Below, piece after piece: positions 1 through 12,429 of a stretch of 64,000 bases of DNA. Within the stretch, counting starts at the first letter, position 1. Each line of letters starts with the position of its first letter. The stretch is from Monocercomonoides exilis PA203 (lineage: Eukaryota; Protista; Preaxostyla): the NCBI GenBank assembly GCA_001643675.2, contig LSRY02000008.1:1674001-1738000 (forward strand). The letters run 5' to 3'. Below the pieces are notes generated by a model, which saw nothing but the letters and a program-made list of their open reading frames with translations, was not told the DNA's origin and ran no database searches. A program made the position numbers and the translations under genes.

Positions 1-3
1 CCA

Positions 4-459
4 TTGTTCTCTGAGCCGGATCCATCTTCTCCTTCTCCTTCTTCTTCTTCTTCATTGCCGTCATCTGCACTGTATCTGACAGCCACAGCATCAGGAGAGA
101 GCGTGCTGGCGAATGTGAAGGTGACGAATGTGAAGTTGACTGAAGGAGATGGGGTGGTTGTGGCAAAGAGTGTGAAGGCTGGAGAGACATTTGGGATGAT
201 GAGCACGAGAACAGAAGGGGGGCAGAGTGGTTGTATGTTTGGGAAGGGCGATTCTGAGATGAATTTTTGGTCACATGCGAATTTGGAGGGAGGAATAAAA
301 AATCATAGGTGCGTTGTGAATTTGTTTCTGTTTTGCTGCAACTCGTGCAACCCACATAAAATAAGCATCATAACTGCTGCAAAACTCGAAATCTCCTGTT
401 TTATCAAGGAGCAGAAAATCGGGTTTATTTGTGAAAAGGAAAGGAAGCAAGGTGAGTAA
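4..459 (+). CDS. 3' end of a beta-helix family gene, mirror copy of 3821..6283; 5' part lies outside the window
   Basis: Identical to the C-terminus of the 820-aa ORF except CVVNL versus CVAIL. Confidence 0.75.
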   Translation: MFSEPDPSSPSPSSSSSLPSSALYLTATASGESVLANVKVTNVKLTEGDGVVVAKSVKAGETFGMMSTRTEGGQSGCMFGKGDSEMNFWSHANLEGGIKNHRCVVNLFLFCCNSCNPHKISIITAAKLEISCFIKEQKIGFICEKERKQGE

Positions 460-674
460 TTTGATGGAACATGAACGATTTATTTTTTCTTTGAAAAAAA
501 GAGTATTCGAATTATTTTTCCATTTTCGATGTTTTGCAGAAACAAAAAGTGGACAAGTTTCTTTATTGAATCCTTCTTTTTTTCTATGAAACAATTCATA
601 TGATTTTTATTTTTTCATTCATTGGCCAACTGCTTTTGAATGATTTTTTAGACTACAATAGTTATTAAAAATAT

Positions 675-937
675 ATATGGGTGATTATTTTTGAAATCAT
701 ATTTTTTCTTACAAAAATTTCGGTGCAAAAATTTTTCTTGAAAATCAATAAAAAAAATTGAAAAGTGAAAAGGCTTATTGAATGCATTTTTATCTTTGAT
801 TCGGATCAACCATTTGTTTTGAAAAACAATTATCATGCTTTTTCTCTTTTGAATTTAAATTTCTTTCGAAAAACTAACAATCTTTGAAAAATTAACACCC
901 CGAAAAAAGATATGATTTCAAAAATAACCACCCATAT
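675..937. repeat. About 260-bp unit bounded by an inverted pair of the ATGATTTCAAAAATAATCACCCA motif; possible MITE; mirrored at 3343..3605
   Basis: atatgggtgattatttttgaaatcatat (675-702) versus atatgatttcaaaaataaccacccatat (910-937), 1 mismatch. Can be read as TA|TGGG...CCCA|TA. Confidence 0.55.
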
Positions 938-3820
938 CGATCTTTTCTTTTTCATGCTTTTTTTTTTTCAAATGTGATTTTCACAACAACATTTTTTTAT
1001 TACAAAATGAAAAAATCAAACAGTTCCCTTGTTTGAAAAGAAATATGAAATTTCGGAACAAACTGTTGAAGAACTTCAAAAATGATTTGTTGATGAACAA
1101 ACAAACAAATGGATAAATGAATGGATGAAAAACATCAAACAATAGTATTTTCACAACAACTGATGAATGGAAAAAAAAAAAATTATTCGATTTTTTTTTG
1201 TATTTTTGTCAAATAATATCAAACTCTTCTGATTTGTCAATCATTCATTTTCATTTTGACAGGGGAAAATAAAAATGAAAACAATTATTCATTGAGAAAT
1301 CAGAGGAATTAGAAAATGGGTTCAATCTTAATTATTTAATGAAATATTTATCAAAATGAAAAATTAAAATTAAAAAATAGATCTCTTTTATAATGAAAAT
1401 AATTTTTCTTCGTTAATGGTTTATTTTTTTGTCTTTATTTTCCAATTTCAACCAAAAGGCACTCAATGGCTTTCAAAGTTATGATTTCAAAATTAATCAC
1501 TCATATTGATTTTTTCGAATTGAATGTTTGTTTTTTATTTATTTTGTTTTCTTCTTTTTTTTTATCAAAACAAATAATTCTTTCACAAAACGATGAAAAA
1601 GAAGTTTTTGAAATGCATCAACACTGATTTATTTGTTCCTTTTTTATTTTTGTTTTCCAGTCACACTTTTAACAGTTTATTTTGATGAGGGTGATTGCTT
1701 ATCTTATCCCACAAGTTTTCTGTCAAAAACGTCGATTTGAAATTGAGATTGGGACACTTGGAAATGGACACTTGAAATTGATAACTACATAGTGACAGTT
1801 CATTATTTGACTTTTTTTGTCTCAAATATAAGGTTTGTTTGGTTATTGAAAATCCTATTACACTTCAACTGAATATTCACAAGTCAATCTCGAAAAGCTG
1901 TATGATCATCCATTCTCCAATTTATTTTCTGATCTCATAACTCATTTTCCATATTCATCTCGATTATTTCTTTTCATTTGATTCAATGATTATGGAATTG
2001 ATTTATTGTCTCAATTATATCATTATTCTTTATGAAAAGTTGCAAAAGCAATATTTTAATGTTTATTTGAATATTTCTAATTTTTTGATGATTATCATAT
2101 TTCAACATTTAATTAAATCGAAAATAAAAAGTTTAAAAATACATTAAATATTCCATTGAAATCAACATGAGGTGTTTTATGAGTTTGATCAAAAATTTTT
2201 GAAATAATACAAATATCCTTTTCATTAATGACATTTGCTACATTTCAAAAATGAATTATTATTTAATGAGATAGAAAACCTAATCCACATTTATTTAACC
2301 AAATGAAAAGAAATAATCGAGATGAATATGGAAAATGAGTTATGAGATCAGAAAATAAATTGGAGAATGGATGATCATACAGCTTTTCGAGATTGACTTG
2401 TGAATATTCAGTTGAAGTGAAATAGGATTTTCAATAACCAAACAAACCTTATATTTGAGACAAAAAAAGTCAAATAATGAACTGTCACTATGTAGTTATC
2501 AATTTCAAGTGTCCATTTCCAAGTGTCCCAATCTCAATTTCAAATCGACGTTTTTGACAGAAAACTTGTGGGATAAGATAAGCAATCACCCTCATCAAAA
2601 TAAACTGTTAAAAGTGTGACTGGAAAACAAAAATAAAAAAGGAACAAATAAATCAGTGTTGATGCATTTCAAAAACTTCTTTTTCATCGTTTTGTGAAAG
2701 AATTATTTGTTTTGATAAAAAAAAAGAAGAAAACAAAATAAATAAAAAACAAACATTCAATTCGAAAAAATCAATATGAGTGATTAATTTTGAAATCATA
2801 ACTTTGAAAGCCATTGAGTGCCTTTTGGTTGAAATTGGAAAATAAAGACAAAAAAATAAACCATTAACGAAGAAAAATTATTTTCATTATAAAAGAGATC
2901 TATTTTTTAATTTTAATTTTTCATTTTGATAAATATTTCATTAAATAATTAAGATTGAACCCATTTTCTAATTCCTCTGATTTCTCAATGAATAATTGTT
3001 TTCATTTTTATTTTCCCCTGTCAAAATGAAAATGAATGATTGACAAATCAGAAGAGTTTGATATTATTTGACAAAAATACAAAAAAAAATCGAATAATTT
3101 TTTTTTTTTCCATTCATCAGTTGTTGTGAAAATACTATTGTTTGATGTTTTTCATCCATTCATTTATCCATTTGTTTGTTTGTTCATCAACAAATCATTT
3201 TTGAAGTTCTTCAACAGTTTGTTCCGAAATTTCATATTTCTTTTCAAACAAGGGAACTGTTTGATTTTTTCATTTTGTAATAAAAAAATGTTGTTGTGAA
3301 AATCACATTTGAAAAAAAAAAAGCATGAAAAAGAAAAGATCGATATGGGTGGTTATTTTTGAAATCATATCTTTTTTCGGGGTGTTAATTTTTCAAAGAT
3401 TGTTAGTTTTTCGAAAGAAATTTAAATTCAAAAGAGAAAAAGCATGATAATTGTTTTTCAAAACAAATGGTTGATCCGAATCAAAGATAAAAATGCATTC
3501 AATAAGCCTTTTCACTTTTCAATTTTTTTTATTGATTTTCAAGAAAAATTTTTGCACCGAAATTTTTGTAAGAAAAAATATGATTTCAAAAATAATCACC
3601 CATATATATTTTTAATAACTATTGTAGTCTAAAAAATCATTCAAAAGCAGTTGGCCAATGAATGAAAAAATAAAAATCATATGAATTGTTTCATAGAAAA
3701 AAAGAAGGATTCAATAAAGAAACTTGTCCACTTTTTGTTTCTGCAAAACATCGAAAATGGAAAAATAATTCGAATACTCTTTTTTTCAAAGAAAAAATAA
3801 ATCGTTCATGTTCCATCAAA

Positions 3821-6283
3821 TTACTCACCTTGCTTCCTTTCCTTTTCACAAATAAACCCGATTTTCTGCTCCTTGATAAAACAGGAGATTTCGAGTTTTG
3901 CAGCAGTTATGATGCTTATTTTATGTGGGTTGCACGAGTTGCAGCAAAACAGAAACAAAATCGCAACGCACCTATGATTTTTTATTCCTCCCTCCAAATT
4001 CGCATGTGACCAAAAATTCATCTCAGAATCGCCCTTCCCAAACATACAACCACTCTGCCCCCCTTCTGTTCTCGTGCTCATCATCCCAAATGTCTCTCCA
4101 GCCTTCACACTCTTTGCCACAACCACCCCATCTCCTTCAGTCAACTTCACATTCGTCACCTTCACATTCGCCAGCACGCTCTCTCCTGATGCTGTGGCTG
4201 TCAGATACAGTGCAGATGACGGCAATGAAGAAGAAGAAGAAGGAGAAGGAGAAGATGGATCCGGCTCAGAGAACAATGGCTTTGAGACATTCATATTTAT
4301 GATCTCCACACCAACCATCGACAGCTGCGACAGCGGCACCACAAACACTGACGAAGACATCACATAGTTTCCTGAAGAAATACTTGTGGTGATCACAACA
4401 TCCTCCAATGAGAGTGACCCACCTCCATCAGACACCACAACCACACTCGGCGAAGGATTTATATTTGAGTTACAATCAACCTTCATGTGCAATAAACCAA
4501 GGTGACCTGTCGTCACACTGAACAGCGTTCCTACAGATGAAAGTGCTCCTGTTCCAATCGAACTCTCCGTCCTCCCTTTCCCAATGACTGAAATCTTCTT
4601 TTCTCCAATCTCAACTGTTGTTGCCTCGCTTGTGTGATTCCCTTCCATCAGCGTGATTGTCAAACTAATCTGCACCTCACACATCTCAAACGCCTTCTTC
4701 ACCGTCAGACACGGATTTGTTTCATTTGCCCCACAAAGCGGAGATGTATCATTTCCATTCACCGAGACATAGATCGTCTTGTCCTTCAGCCAATCCTTCT
4801 TTTCTGTGTGCTGAAAATACCAGGTGTTTGCATTCGAGTAGTTGTATGCATAACACATTCTCTGTTCATTCGTGTTTGTTGTGTAACATTCCTTGAACGG
4901 ATTTCCTGTGCTCAAAAAAACATTGTAATAATCAACATATTCAACGTCATGCCCACGTGGATTGGCTGCATCCCTGCAGCTGCATTCATGGAAGAACAAA
5001 AAATAACAATAAATCACATCATTTTGTGATGCTTGTCTGTATGGATATAACTCCAATCCTCCTCCCTCTTGCCGTGCTGTACATGAAATAAATTGAATGC
5101 TCCTCATTTTGAATTGCGTGATTGGAATGTTCGCACAACACATGCCTCCACCTCCATTGTTTGTCAATGAGCATGAAGTGAAACTGCAGTCAAACACACA
5201 CGCACTCTCCCCTCCTCCATTTTCTGTTCCAATGCAATCAGTTCCTGAAACATTAAAATAATCAAGATAAAGTCCTCCTCCACATTCTCTTCCATTGCAA
5301 TTCTGGTATTCACATCCGCTGATCCGAACACACAATTTTATAGTATGAATGAACATCCCGCCACCACGATAACTTTGTGCAGTACAAGAATCAAAGGTGT
5401 TGTTCACAATCTCAACAGATTTGATATTGTAACAATAAATACCGCCTCCTGCATAATAAGCATAACAGTTGTTGAAAGAGCAATGAGAAACAGACACAGA
5501 GGCAGATGATTGACTGTACATGCAGATGGCCCCTCCGCTAGATATTCCATCAGCATACGAGTCAGCTTCTCCTGTTGTCTTCGATCCATTCCATTCGCAC
5601 CAAGTGAATGTATTAGCTCCATTGAATGTTTCATTTTGTCTTCCTGGAGCCAGCTTATTAGTTTTAGTTCCTTCGCAAACAACATTTCTTGTCCTGCAAC
5701 ACCCAACAAATGAGGTGTTTGAGGCAGTCAGAGAGGCATAGGGGTTGTTGAGGGAAGGAACAATTCCTCCATCATATGCATCATTAACAGATGAGAATGA
5801 ACAACTGCTCATCAAACATGAGGCTTGGGTTGACGTAGTTGTTGAAGGTGAACATGCATCATTTGCTGTCGAGATGTTGAAAAAAGTGAGTTTGGAGAGG
5901 GATATTAGGGGTATTGAAGGGGACGAAAGGAATGGGGCTGACGAGACACAAAAAGAAGAGAAATGTGATTCACTCACCGAAATACTCCCTTCAATGCCTT
6001 CTCCATCTCCATCTCCTTCTCTTCCTCTTCCTCTTTCTCCTCCTTCTCCTTCACTCGCTTTTTCTTCACCTCCACCCTTCTCCCCTCCATATCCCTTCCC
6101 TCCAAACAGCCTGCCTGAATAGATCTCTCCCCCTCTTCTCCACCCTTTCAATGTGATGTTCCTCAACACCCCAATGCTCCCACTCACATCAAATGCCCCT
6201 GCCTCAACATCCTTCCCCATCCCCACAGCACACCCCCTCACCACAACCACACTCCCCTTCCTTCCACACTCCCCCAACCACAA
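3821..6283 (-). CDS. Cys/Gly-rich right-handed beta-helix (pectin-lyase-like) putative surface protein, copy 1; probably 3'-truncated, true start uncertain
   Basis: 820-aa ORF with repeated (S/D/G)CxFxxC...GGG(I/L/M) coils. Departs from copy 4 abruptly after AKSVKAGETF. Confidence 0.8.
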   Translation of the reverse strand: MWLGECGRKGSVVVVRGCAVGMGKDVEAGAFDVSGSIGVLRNITLKGWRRGGEIYSGRLFGGKGYGGEKGGGEEKASEGEGGERGRGREGDGDGEGIEGSISVSESHFSSFCVSSAPFLSSPSIPLISLSKLTFFNISTANDACSPSTTTSTQASCLMSSCSFSSVNDAYDGGIVPSLNNPYASLTASNTSFVGCCRTRNVVCEGTKTNKLAPGRQNETFNGANTFTWCEWNGSKTTGEADSYADGISSGGAICMYSQSSASVSVSHCSFNNCYAYYAGGGIYCYNIKSVEIVNNTFDSCTAQSYRGGGMFIHTIKLCVRISGCEYQNCNGRECGGGLYLDYFNVSGTDCIGTENGGGESACVFDCSFTSCSLTNNGGGGMCCANIPITQFKMRSIQFISCTARQEGGGLELYPYRQASQNDVIYCYFLFFHECSCRDAANPRGHDVEYVDYYNVFLSTGNPFKECYTTNTNEQRMCYAYNYSNANTWYFQHTEKKDWLKDKTIYVSVNGNDTSPLCGANETNPCLTVKKAFEMCEVQISLTITLMEGNHTSEATTVEIGEKKISVIGKGRTESSIGTGALSSVGTLFSVTTGHLGLLHMKVDCNSNINPSPSVVVVSDGGGSLSLEDVVITTSISSGNYVMSSSVFVVPLSQLSMVGVEIINMNVSKPLFSEPDPSSPSPSSSSSLPSSALYLTATASGESVLANVKVTNVKLTEGDGVVVAKSVKAGETFGMMSTRTEGGQSGCMFGKGDSEMNFWSHANLEGGIKNHRCVAILFLFCCNSCNPHKISIITAAKLEISCFIKEQKIGFICEKERKQGE

Positions 6284-8639
6284 GCCCTGTCCTCTTCATC
6301 TCAACTGATGAGTTCCACAACTCTCTCATATAAATATTTCTTCCACTTCTTCTTTCTTTCTATTTTTCTTCAAGCATCCCTCAAAAAATCATATAATCCA
6401 TCTTCTCTTTCCCTTCTTTCTTCGCCTTCATTTAATATTCTCTTTTATTCTATTTTTTGTTAATATCTTCTTCGTCTTCATCATTCTTCTTCGTCTTCTC
6501 TAATTCTTGCCAGAATCTTTCTTTTATCAAATCATCAATTTTCCGCTCTCTCCTTTGCTTCTTCCCTTCCCCCTTTTCAAAATTTTGTATTAATCTTCAA
6601 GTCTTTCCTCTTCCATTCATTTCATATATTTTCTTTAATTAATTCCTCCATTCGCTCTCAATTCGTTTCAACTGTATTTTCAAAAAGTGCTCAAAAATCA
6701 TCTTTTCACGTTCCATGTTTATGAACTGGCGTTGGACATAACATCAAATTTTTAAACACGAACAATAAATTAATTGTCATTTGAAAAAATCAGATTTGAT
6801 TTAAAAAAGGAAGGAGTTGCACACATTGATAATAAACCTGAAAGATTGAAGCATCCTTTTCGATGCTCCAATTCAATATTCTTCTAATTCTTCTTTTGTC
6901 AAAAATTCGTCTTATCGAAATTGTTCGGAAAAACATTTGCCATCAAAAATCATAAGTGTTGATTAATAAGTCCAACAAGTTCAAAGTCCCTCATTCTCTT
7001 GCCTTAACCTTGCCTCAAATCGAAGCATATGCCAGAATTGAAAACCTGCTCTGTGGCTATATTTCTCCGTTCCATTCATTTCCAATCGGATATTCTATAA
7101 TGTTCGCCGTTCATGCTTTCTTTTTTCTTTTTTCTTTTTTCTTTTTTCTATTTTCTTTTTTTATTCTTTCCCACAAAAAGAATTTCAAATGCATTTGCCC
7201 ATCAAAACAAAACTCCCTCTTCCAACTCTTCCCCTTTCTCTTCCCCTTCTTCCTCCCCTTTCTCGTCAAATCCACTCATCTCAACGCCTCTTCCTATTCT
7301 TTTGGCACATCTCTCCCAAATCTTCGGTCTCTCACAACAACACTTTCTCATTCTCTCTCCTCCAACATTCTGCTCATCAAAAACTCCCACACCAGCTGGC
7401 ACTCCAGATGCGTCAGATTGTGGTGCAGCTCATTGTATTTCCTCCTCTCCCCAATCTCCTTCAAATGCAATTTCTTGTCCACTTTCCAATTTATTTATTT
7501 ATCTATTTATTTATTATTTTTTTTTTTTTTTGAGTTCATGCAAACTCAAAAATTTCATCAAACATCAAACACCCAAGCAATGCCACTCCATCTCACAAGC
7601 TCAAGTGGCTCAGAGCCAGGAGACCTTCTTCTTCTTCTTCTTCTTCTTCTTTCTGTACTTCTTCTGTTTCGTCTCTGCTTGAGGCAACTTCCTCAGCACA
7701 TCAAGCACAGATCGCTTTCATTTCTTTGTTTTTGCAGCCATCATTGTGCATCAGAAAGTTCTCACAAAGACATAACTTCAAATAATCATTCATTTCGTCT
7801 GCCTGCCTTCCTTTCTTCCTTTTTTCATAAATCAATTTCTCAAACCTTATGCTCGACAAATAGATCAGATTGAACTGAAAATGAATCATTTTTTTTTCTC
7901 AAGCCCAAACACCCAGTGTGCTTCTCCAACAACATCGTGTTGTCCAATGACATCTTATTATCCCCTGCCATTTTGCCCATTCCATTCAACAGTTCCTCTG
8001 AAAATGTTGAATTGCATCTCTCTTTCTCTCGTGTCTTCCCCCTTTTTCACCCTGTGTCTCAGCATCGCCCCAGTTTCCCGAATAATCCTGTCATATCAGC
8101 TGAAAAATCTGAAATGCTCATCAAATATCGAATTAGCCTCATGGCACACAAACTCAAATGCATCTGCCTCTTTTGCATCTCCATGCTTCCCCTGACTCAA
8201 CATCACCCGATAATTTAGCTTGCAGGGATTTTGTAGTGGCAACTGCCAAGCAGCAGACAGAAAGCAATTGCAAGCTCAAACAACAACAGTCATTCAAACT
8301 CCGTTGCCTCTGCTGCTCAACTTGCTTCAAAAACGAAAGGCCAACAAAAAAAGATAGAAAGTGGTTGTTAATGAATGGCAAAAATAAAATGAAATACACA
8401 CGCATTGCATTTTTCAAAAAAAAATATTTATTCGTGCACAATTCATTTTGAAAAAGATTTTCAATTATGTTTCAATTTCTATCTTTGATTTCAGATTTCA
8501 CAAAATACATCAATTATATGAAAATACTCGGATGTTCTGAAATCTGTCAGCCACAGACTTGGTTTCACTCCAAATTGCATCGGTTTCATGAAATATCAAT
8601 AATCATGGCTTGTTGATGTGCGGAGAGTCTGTTCATCGA

Positions 8640-9200
8640 AAAACTTGTTTTATCAATAGTTTTGAAGGATTTAAGTATGTATTATGATCAAGACATTCGG
8701 AATATTTTGATGGCCGCAACGCTGTTTGCAGTGTGAAGCGGGATGTGATGGGGTGAAATGTGTTTGTGTGTGTTTGTTGTTTTCATGGCTGTTGCTCATT
8801 CTGTGCATGCTTTTGGAAATGGCATCGTATTTTTATGTTGTTTGAAGAACAGCAGAACGAGGACATATTTGCGGGGGATGTGCTTTATTTCGATGGGCGC
8901 AGCAACTGACCAGGGACAACGAAAAGCAAGGAAAGCCGTGACGGGGTTGGAGGACGATCTATTTGATGCTTGTTGGTTTGAAAGGAGAAAAGATAAATCA
9001 TTATTATTATTTTGGCTGAGAGCTGAGATATCCCAAAGCAGGGTGCGAGGAAGCCATTTGCTCGCGATCTGTGGAGACATGAGCACCAATGATTTTCTGC
9101 AGTTCGTGGTGTTGACAGATGCCTCTGCTCACTGTCTGATTTTGTGGAAAATACAACAATATTCTATCAAAAACACAGATTATTATGTTTGTTCACAATG
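8640..9200 (+). pseudogene. Possible decayed DDE (IS4/IS1634-like) transposase remnant
   Basis: Hand translation across stops and frameshifts gives AGDVLYFDG (8871), TIYLMLVGLKGEKINHYYYFG (8954) and VRGVDRCLCS (about 9102). Order and spacing resemble DDE D1/D2 motifs. Not searched. Confidence 0.25.
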
Positions 9201-10705
9201 AGAAAATTATCAATTGGCTGGTTGGGTGAAAATAGAAGTGGGGTGCTTAGCGACTGCGAGCGTCAGGCGGCAGGCCACAGTGTTTTGGATGCCTTGCAAT
9301 TGGCTACGAAACTCGATTAATGGATGACAGTTGCAGAATAATCTGACGGGATGACAACAGCATCGCAAAGGCAGAGGGAACAACACATTTTTAGAGGGAA
9401 AGGGAATGCATCTGTGAGAGAAATGTGCAAGAATGCCATTTGCTATGAGAAGAAAAGGGGGATGGAAATTGAGAGCCATGAAGTGGAGGCTGATTTCGTA
9501 TTGGAACAGAAAAGGACAAGCAATGTTTCCTCTGAACAAGTTCTGAATTTGTTTGAGGAGGGAGGAGGAAGGGAAACGGGGATTGAGGGAGCAAAACACA
9601 AATTTGGGGAGAAATTCTGATGAGAGGTGTGTTTAGAGTGAGTTATATATATATTGAGAGAGAGAAAGAAAAAGAAAAATAGAAATCGAAAATTTGAGGG
9701 GTTGAATGACCTGTGAGCGATGGCGTGTGGAAAGAGGGGAGGGAGAAAGAGTGTTATCACTGGAAAAGGAAAGGGATGAGTGGAAGAGAGAGAAAGAGAG
9801 GAAATAAAAGATGGTTTAAAAAAGGAGGATGTTTGATTGAGATGGAAGAGCAATATTTGTTTGGAGGAAGAGAATGATGGAAATGTCTCTCTTTTTTTGG
9901 GGAGTTCATATTTTGTCAATCACATCACAAAAAATGAGAAGAGATGAGACACAGAAGATTGTGTGTGAAGGGCAGCTTGGGAGATTGGCAAACAAGAGAA
10001 ATCAAAGAGAAAGGAGGGAAGGAAAAGGGAAGATTTTATCAAATTTCTAACTTCTTCTTCTTCTTCTTTTTCACCTTATTCAAATATCACACAAATCTTC
10101 TTGTTTTTCATTTCTTCACCAAAAATGCTTCTTTCACACATTTCTCCTCATTCAATTCTATTTTTTTTTGAATTGCATGAAAGGAAATATAAATATCTCT
10201 CTTTCAATTTTTTTATTTTTTATCCAATCTATATTTGATGATTTCTCATTATTTTCAACAGGTTCACAAAACAGGCACTTATTTTTCAACACTTTTCTTT
10301 CAAATAGTATTATTTATTTATTAAAAAATTCAAATGCTATCTTTCAGAAAAAATGGGAAATATCGAGAAGGAAAATATAAATGAAAATAATCATTATTAA
10401 AGAATCTTTTCTCCAAATGACATTGGAGTTCAAATGCTCAAAATGAGTGAAAGATACAATTGGAGTTGATTTCTTTTTAAAATGTTTGAATGAATATGAT
10501 CGGAAAACAAAGAGAAAGAAAGAGCCAAAAGACAAACTCTGATACCAAGAATCAACAATTATAAAAATCATTCCAAATTATTTTGGAACAGATGAAAAAC
10601 TGAACAATTCAAAGAAAGTTGGTTTTGTTCAGAGAATTGTCAATTTCTTTTGATGAAAAAGACGAAGTGACAAAACAAAATGAATATTCTCTTCACAAAT
10701 CTTTT

Positions 10706-10965
10706 GGGTGATTATTGTTGAAATCATAAGTTTTTTCTCCATAGCGAAGACAGCTGGACAGTTTCAAATAAAAAAATGTCTTTATTAAAAAAGAAATGTT
10801 CAACACATTGATGTTTATTAATGAAAACAATATGAGAGACAAATGAAAGACACTGAATCGAAACGGTGATATCATCTCTTTTTTTATTCTTTTCTTTCAC
10901 AGAATGAAGAATTTGCAAACCGAAAGATTGTTCAATAAAAAAAATGATTTCAAAAAGAATCACCC
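10706..10965. repeat. Second ~260-bp unit bounded by an inverted pair of the TGATT-N8-AATCACCC motif
   Basis: gggtgattattgttgaaatcat at 10706 and atgatttcaaaaagaatcaccc ending 10965. Spacing matches 679..933. Confidence 0.5.
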
Positions 10966-12429
10966 ATTATTTGGTTGTGGAAAATGAAAATATTCATTTT
11001 TCTCAACATCAACATTATTTTTAATTTATCGAACGTTGAAAATGTTCAAAACATTTTATCGATTTTTTCATTCATATAATCGAAACTTTGAGAATAAAAA
11101 AGAGACACTTTTTATTTAAAAAGAGAAAAAGTAAAATTCAATATGCAAATATTAAACCAACGAGAATTGAGACCGCATTTTGTTCAGTGATTGCTTTGTT
11201 GTTTCTCAAAAATTTTGACATTTTTGCAGAATATCAAATAACCATCAAATCCTTCATTTTTAATAAAATAAATTTGATTGAAAATCCTTTCATAATAACC
11301 TTTGAGTTTTTGTTCATTTTCTTTTTCTGCAATATCGATCTTTCAATAATGACACTTTATTGATATTAATGAAAAAATTGAAAAAAAATTGGTTCGGAAA
11401 AAAAATTTTAACCAGAAAAGAAATAATGAGAAATGATGTTTGATTTAATTTTGAATGAAAGATATCTTCAAATTAATCAAAAATAAAAATTTGTCAAAAT
11501 TATTGATAGCTTAACATATTTTTTAAATTTAAGAATTGAGGAACATTTTTGTTTTTTTCAAAAATCACTTTCCACATATTGAGCCCTCTGAGAAAAAATG
11601 AACTAATTTTTGAACTGAGAAAAATCAAAACAAGATTATAACAAATTTGTGTTTTGAAACAAATTCACAGAAATTCAACTGAAATGAGTTAACGTCATTG
11701 AAAACAATGTTATCATTCAATATTATTTTCATCAAAAACCAATTTATATCGTTTTTGACTTTTCAAAATAAAAGGACTGCTCAATGATAAAAATAATTGA
11801 AATGAGTTAGAGCTGCAATATGAATTTTCAATGCAAATAACTATTCCATAATTAACAAAACTATTAAGAAACTTTTTGGGATTTGAAAAAGTCATCAACA
11901 AAACGACACTATTTTATTTCTTTTTCAAAGAAATTTGTGTTATTTCGTTGAGATTCAATAATCTCGATAATGAACTTTCTTATTGAAATCAATTTCTCAG
12001 AAAAAGAAATTTAATTCAGCTTTTTCTCTCATTACTTGTTAATTTGTAATATTAAGCAAATAATTTTGATTGTCTCATTTTCAAGGATTAAGATTTGATT
12101 GAAAAAAAAGAGTTCCTTAATCTCAACTCATTTGTTTCATTTCTTTTTCAAAATATTTCAAACTTTCAAATATGGAAAATTTTTCAATTCAATAATATGT
12201 TTCATATTTTTATTTGAAAATTTCATTTCATGATGAAAAATGTTTGCATTTTTGTAAAATTATTTTGATATTTCACAAAAAATCAAATAATTATCGTGAA
12301 ATGATGAAAACATGTATTTGAACACAAAACCCAACAAAACATAAAAATATCAAAAAAAAAAGATTTCAACAAATAATACATAACTTTTGAGATATATTTT
12401 TTCTCCATTTCTCATTTGACAAAATTACT

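Larger units (their letters stand above)
1..4279. repeat. Palindrome P1: inverted arms 1..1980 and 2300..4279, left arm runs off the window; central region 1981..2299
   Basis: Mirror ORFs sum to 4280 (459+3821, 648+3632, 836+3444). Arms are reverse complements apart from a few substitutions (317, 320, 1860/2420). Confidence 0.97.

Noticed and set aside
6457-8451. Many short F/L/S/K-rich ORFs here and elsewhere, and antisense ORFs over family genes
   Set aside because: They are low-complexity or shadow frames with no recognisable domain.
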